Below, piece after piece: positions 63,592 to 64,000 of a stretch of 64,000 bases of DNA. Made by a program: the position numbers and the translations under genes. The stretch is taken from contig JAANOX010000084.1 in the NCBI GenBank assembly GCA_020184695.1, positions 1 through 64,000 of the forward strand, written 5' to 3'. Numbering within the stretch: position 1 is the stretch's first letter; each line of letters begins with the position of its first letter. This DNA is from Histomonas meleagridis 2922-C6/04-290x (lineage: Eukaryota; Protista; Parabasalia). The notes under the pieces are model-generated. The model did no database searches. It was given only the letters and a program-made list of their open reading frames with translations, and was not told the DNA's origin.

Positions 63592-64000
63592 ATTTTTTGT
63601 TTTTTCGATTCATTATAATAGAATCTATTATTATAATAATATAATAATATAATATATACTCAATGAAAATTCTACATATATTTTCAACAATTAATGCCTC
63701 AAATGATTCCATATAAGCATTTTATAAAATATTTTATAAAAAATGTAATTAAAGATATATTATTATTCATTAAATACAATTTTATTTTATTGCATTAGAT
63801 ATTTATATTCGAACTCTATTTCTCGTTTATTCTATTAATGATGTGGCTATGATCCAAATGAGATAATGTTCAATATGTGAATTCAGAAAATTTGATTTAG
63901 TTGTTTTGGCCTTTACTCATGTTGTTTACATATTTTACTGCACCTGTAACAAACACCAACACAGGATCAACATTGCAATGTACAATCTTTTCGAAAAAGA

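Noticed and set aside
1-64000. TAA/TAG reassigned to Gln (suggested by in-frame TAA at 21288, 30756, 44651, 47364)
   Set aside because: Thiolase, malic enzyme, cyclophilin and Ubc12 end at TAA at their expected C-termini, and the 7.6-kb BEACH ORF has no internal TAR.

Overview
Strongly AT-rich, gene-dense eukaryotic nuclear DNA, almost certainly from a parabasalid (trichomonad, Tritrichomonas/Histomonas-like). This assignment is inferred from essentially intronless genes, TCAY(T/A) initiator and AAAGTGAC motifs just upstream of ATGs, DUF3447-ankyrin and BspA gene families, and bacterial-type malic enzyme and cysteine synthase. The standard genetic code is used. The window holds about 25 intact housekeeping or hypothetical genes (cullin-like, divergent actin, thiolase, Myb, GH31 glucosidase II alpha, malic enzyme, cysteine synthase, VAMP7-like SNARE, BTB, cyclophilin, pseudokinase, MYCBP, RPN11, eL22, PAP2-like, BspA, UBC12, TRAPPC13-like, Dsk2-like, BEACH). 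It also holds an SRP RNA gene, tRNA-Val(AAC), a 30-bp minisatellite and several decayed genes. Two things stand out. (1) In three DUF3447-ankyrin loci, every ankyrin repeat is split at the same point (the beta-hairpin between NAK and TAL) by an AT-rich spacer of almost invariant length. Of 19 spacers counted by hand, 14 are exactly 83 nt, 3 are 84 nt and 2 are 63 nt. The spacers have no consistent GT-AG or trichomonad intron signals, while the 87-nt coding blocks between them stay open. This suggests an undescribed non-canonical splicing or recoding system. (2) A 1.08-kb element encodes a lone tyrosine recombinase between 50-bp terminal inverted repeats, next to a loxP/FRT-like dyad and directly downstream of a BspA surface-protein gene. 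Many starts in the supplied ORF track are non-ATG and were moved to the first supported ATG.
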